Shown: positions 61,978 to 64,000 of the stretch, piece by piece
How the letters are laid out: each line of letters starts with the position of its first letter
Position numbering within the stretch: position 1 is the stretch's first letter
Assembly (NCBI GenBank): GCA_009103225.1
Contig: RHPI01000193.1
Span: forward strand, 216,294-280,293
Reading direction: 5' to 3'
Length of the DNA: 64,000 bases
From: Chlorokybus atmophyticus
Taxonomy: Eukaryota; Plantae; Mesostigma and Chlorokybus algae
Made by a program: the position numbers and the translations under genes
Notes under the pieces: generated by a model
What the model saw: only the letters and a program-made list of their open reading frames with translations
Database searches by the model: none
Told to the model about the DNA's origin: nothing

Positions 61978-63975
61978 TTAATAAAGACGATGCTTATGTC
62001 CATCACTCATCCCACCCTTCAGGTCCGCCACATCGCGTGATTCCAGATCCGTCGCGTGTGGGTACGTGCTCCAACGCTCGGGAATTACGTATTGATGGAT
62101 GAGGAAGCCCAATACGCATAGTAGGGAAGCCACTGCGCAGCTGTAAGCGTTGACGCCGAGCAGTGAGGCGTTCTTGCCGTTGCCAATATTGAGCCACGAC
62201 GCGTGGTTCTGTCACAACAACGTTGATGTTGATAAAACAGCCGAACTCGCTTTGAACTGCGTGTCTTACGGCACACGTGTGTATGAGTGCGCGCACATAC
62301 ACGTACACAAGGCACGCACTTCACTGGTAGACTGCAAGCAATGAATCAACCTTCAAAATTCAATCATGACATACTGATCTAATGTAGTAATTTATCACGT
62401 CAATGAGAGCATGCGAGTGAGCAGCACTTCAGGTATGCATCGACTCAAGCACCACTCTTGATGTGGCTGAGGTTGAGTAAAGGGACACACGCACGCATGT
62501 CCCTTTCCCAAAATCACTACCACCCCCGGCCCCCCTCCCCNCCCCCCCCCTTTTGAAAACGAGCTCAAGTCAATTGAGTTCATCGTCCCGCTCGCGACCC
62601 GTGGAGGCGACCCGTGGCGGCGAGGGCCTCGGGACGGGCCTGCGGGGAGGGGAGGAAGGGGAGGGAGGGAGGGTGGGAGAGATGCATACACGCACATGCA
62701 CGCGTACACATGCGCACGCACGCACGCACGCACACACACGCATGCACACGCACGCATGCACGCACGCACACGCAAACACGCACCCACGCATGCGCGCTCG
62801 CTTGCACACACACATCTGCCAGCTAGCAAAGGCAGATTGGGCAACTGTTTGCCTCATGGTGCATGCATGAATGAATAGTGACACACACATTTTATCTGAC
62901 AGTGATGCCTTGACCACCACTTACAATGACGGGCAGCGTTCCCACCACCGCCATGACGACGATGCTTAGCCTCCTCAACCGTACATGGAAGCGGTCGAGG
63001 CCTGGGGCTTCCCACCTCAACGGCGCACGCCTGCCAGTCAATCCTAACCACCTGGACACATGCATATGTGAAGATTTGTGAGTGTGGGTGTGCGTGTGGG
63101 TGTGGGTGTGTAGGTGTGTCAAGGAGTATGCGTGAGGCATTATACCCGCCGAGCTCCAGGGCGACCAGCTTGGAGGTGAGCCTGAATGTGGAGTCGAGGG
63201 TTGACATGGAGGATGTCGTCATGATTACCGCCACCACGTTGAAGAACGTCACTCCCACCACCTGTTGCCCTGAGAAGTATCGAACTGCGCAGCACTTGCT
63301 TGTACGTTCTGGTTTTGGCATTGACTGTACACATACACACGCACATGCACACACACGCAACACCACACACGCGTGTGCTCGCATGTGCACACACACATAT
63401 ATACGCACGCGCGCGCGCGCTAAGGCACACACATGCACATGTGCAGACGTGTGCACATGTGTGTTACGTGTACGTACCACCCACCCACCCACCCACCCAC
63501 CCACTCCACCCCACTCCCACCCACTCACCCTCGCCACCACCGCCGCCTCCCCTCCCACCCCAACTCTCATCCCATACACTCCCAGCATGCTGAACACGAC
63601 GATGTGACAGTCCGCCGAGGAGTCCGCTGGCGAAGGAGGCGCGCGCCGTCGTGGGAGGGGAGGAGAGGCGCGCGTTGGGTAAGAACGGGGTTGAAGAAAG
63701 GGTAGGAGAAGGATGCGGAGTGTGGGTGGAGTGTGTGTGTGTGGAGTGCTATATTGATGCGTGCGTGCGTGCGTGCGTGTGGGTGTGCATGTGCCTGTGT
63801 ATGCGTGTGCGCGCTTGCGCAACATTGCATACACGCACGCACGCACGCACCCACCCACGTGCGTGCGGATATAGGCATGTGTGTGTGCACGCGTATGCGC
63901 GCGTGTGTACGCACAACAACTCTCACTTAGTTCACACCCACACCCTCTCACCTGCAGCAGCGCCACCAGCAGCAA
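61978..63975 (-). pseudogene. Sodium:solute symporter (SSS) family transporter, C-terminal part, frameshifted; runs off the window
   Basis: SFSYPFFNPVLTQRA / ASFASGLLGGL / IVVFSMLGVYG lie in three different frames (63590-63715). FFNVVAVIMTTSSMSTLDSTF..TSKLVALELGG; RLSIVVMAVVGTLPVI; WLNIGNGKNASLLGVNAY. Stop at 61978-61980. Confidence 0.75.
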
Positions 63976-64000
63976 ATCCAGTCTCCCCCCCCCCCCCCCC

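Noticed and set aside
62854-63975. 373-aa ORF and similar His/Thr/Cys/Val-rich ORFs across the window
   Set aside because: They read through (CA/GT/GC)n intron tracts and are not real proteins.

Overview
Eukaryotic, intron-dense nuclear DNA. Telo-boxes, a phytocyanin, a bHLH-ACT gene and a plant-like RPS17 point to a green-plant lineage, probably a streptophyte alga (inference only). The first ~15.5 kb is nested TE debris: a GST gene split by a TA-flanked insertion, a decayed CACTA/CMC-type transposase, an internally deleted Ty3/Gypsy chromovirus and several repeat arrays. Apparently intact genes: a GT31 (fringe-like) plus fucosyltransferase-like double-domain gene, a bHLH-ACT factor, a phytocyanin with an extra C-terminal domain, and RPS17 head-to-head with a DUSP12/YVH1-type phosphatase. 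Disabled genes: two tandem dsRBD/dead-exonuclease/SpoIIIAA(Ycf45)-ATPase genes, an LRR gene and a sodium:solute symporter. The most striking element is a 533-bp TRIM (79-bp LTRs) at 22.3 kb. Its 5' LTR, PBS and leader together form a 73-nt tRNA-like unit, which would give a Pol III promoter only at the 5' LTR. It sits in a tandem plus fold-back cluster inside a LINE remnant. A poly-G run and N gaps are assembly artefacts. All calls are by eye, and exon boundaries and family assignments need confirmation.
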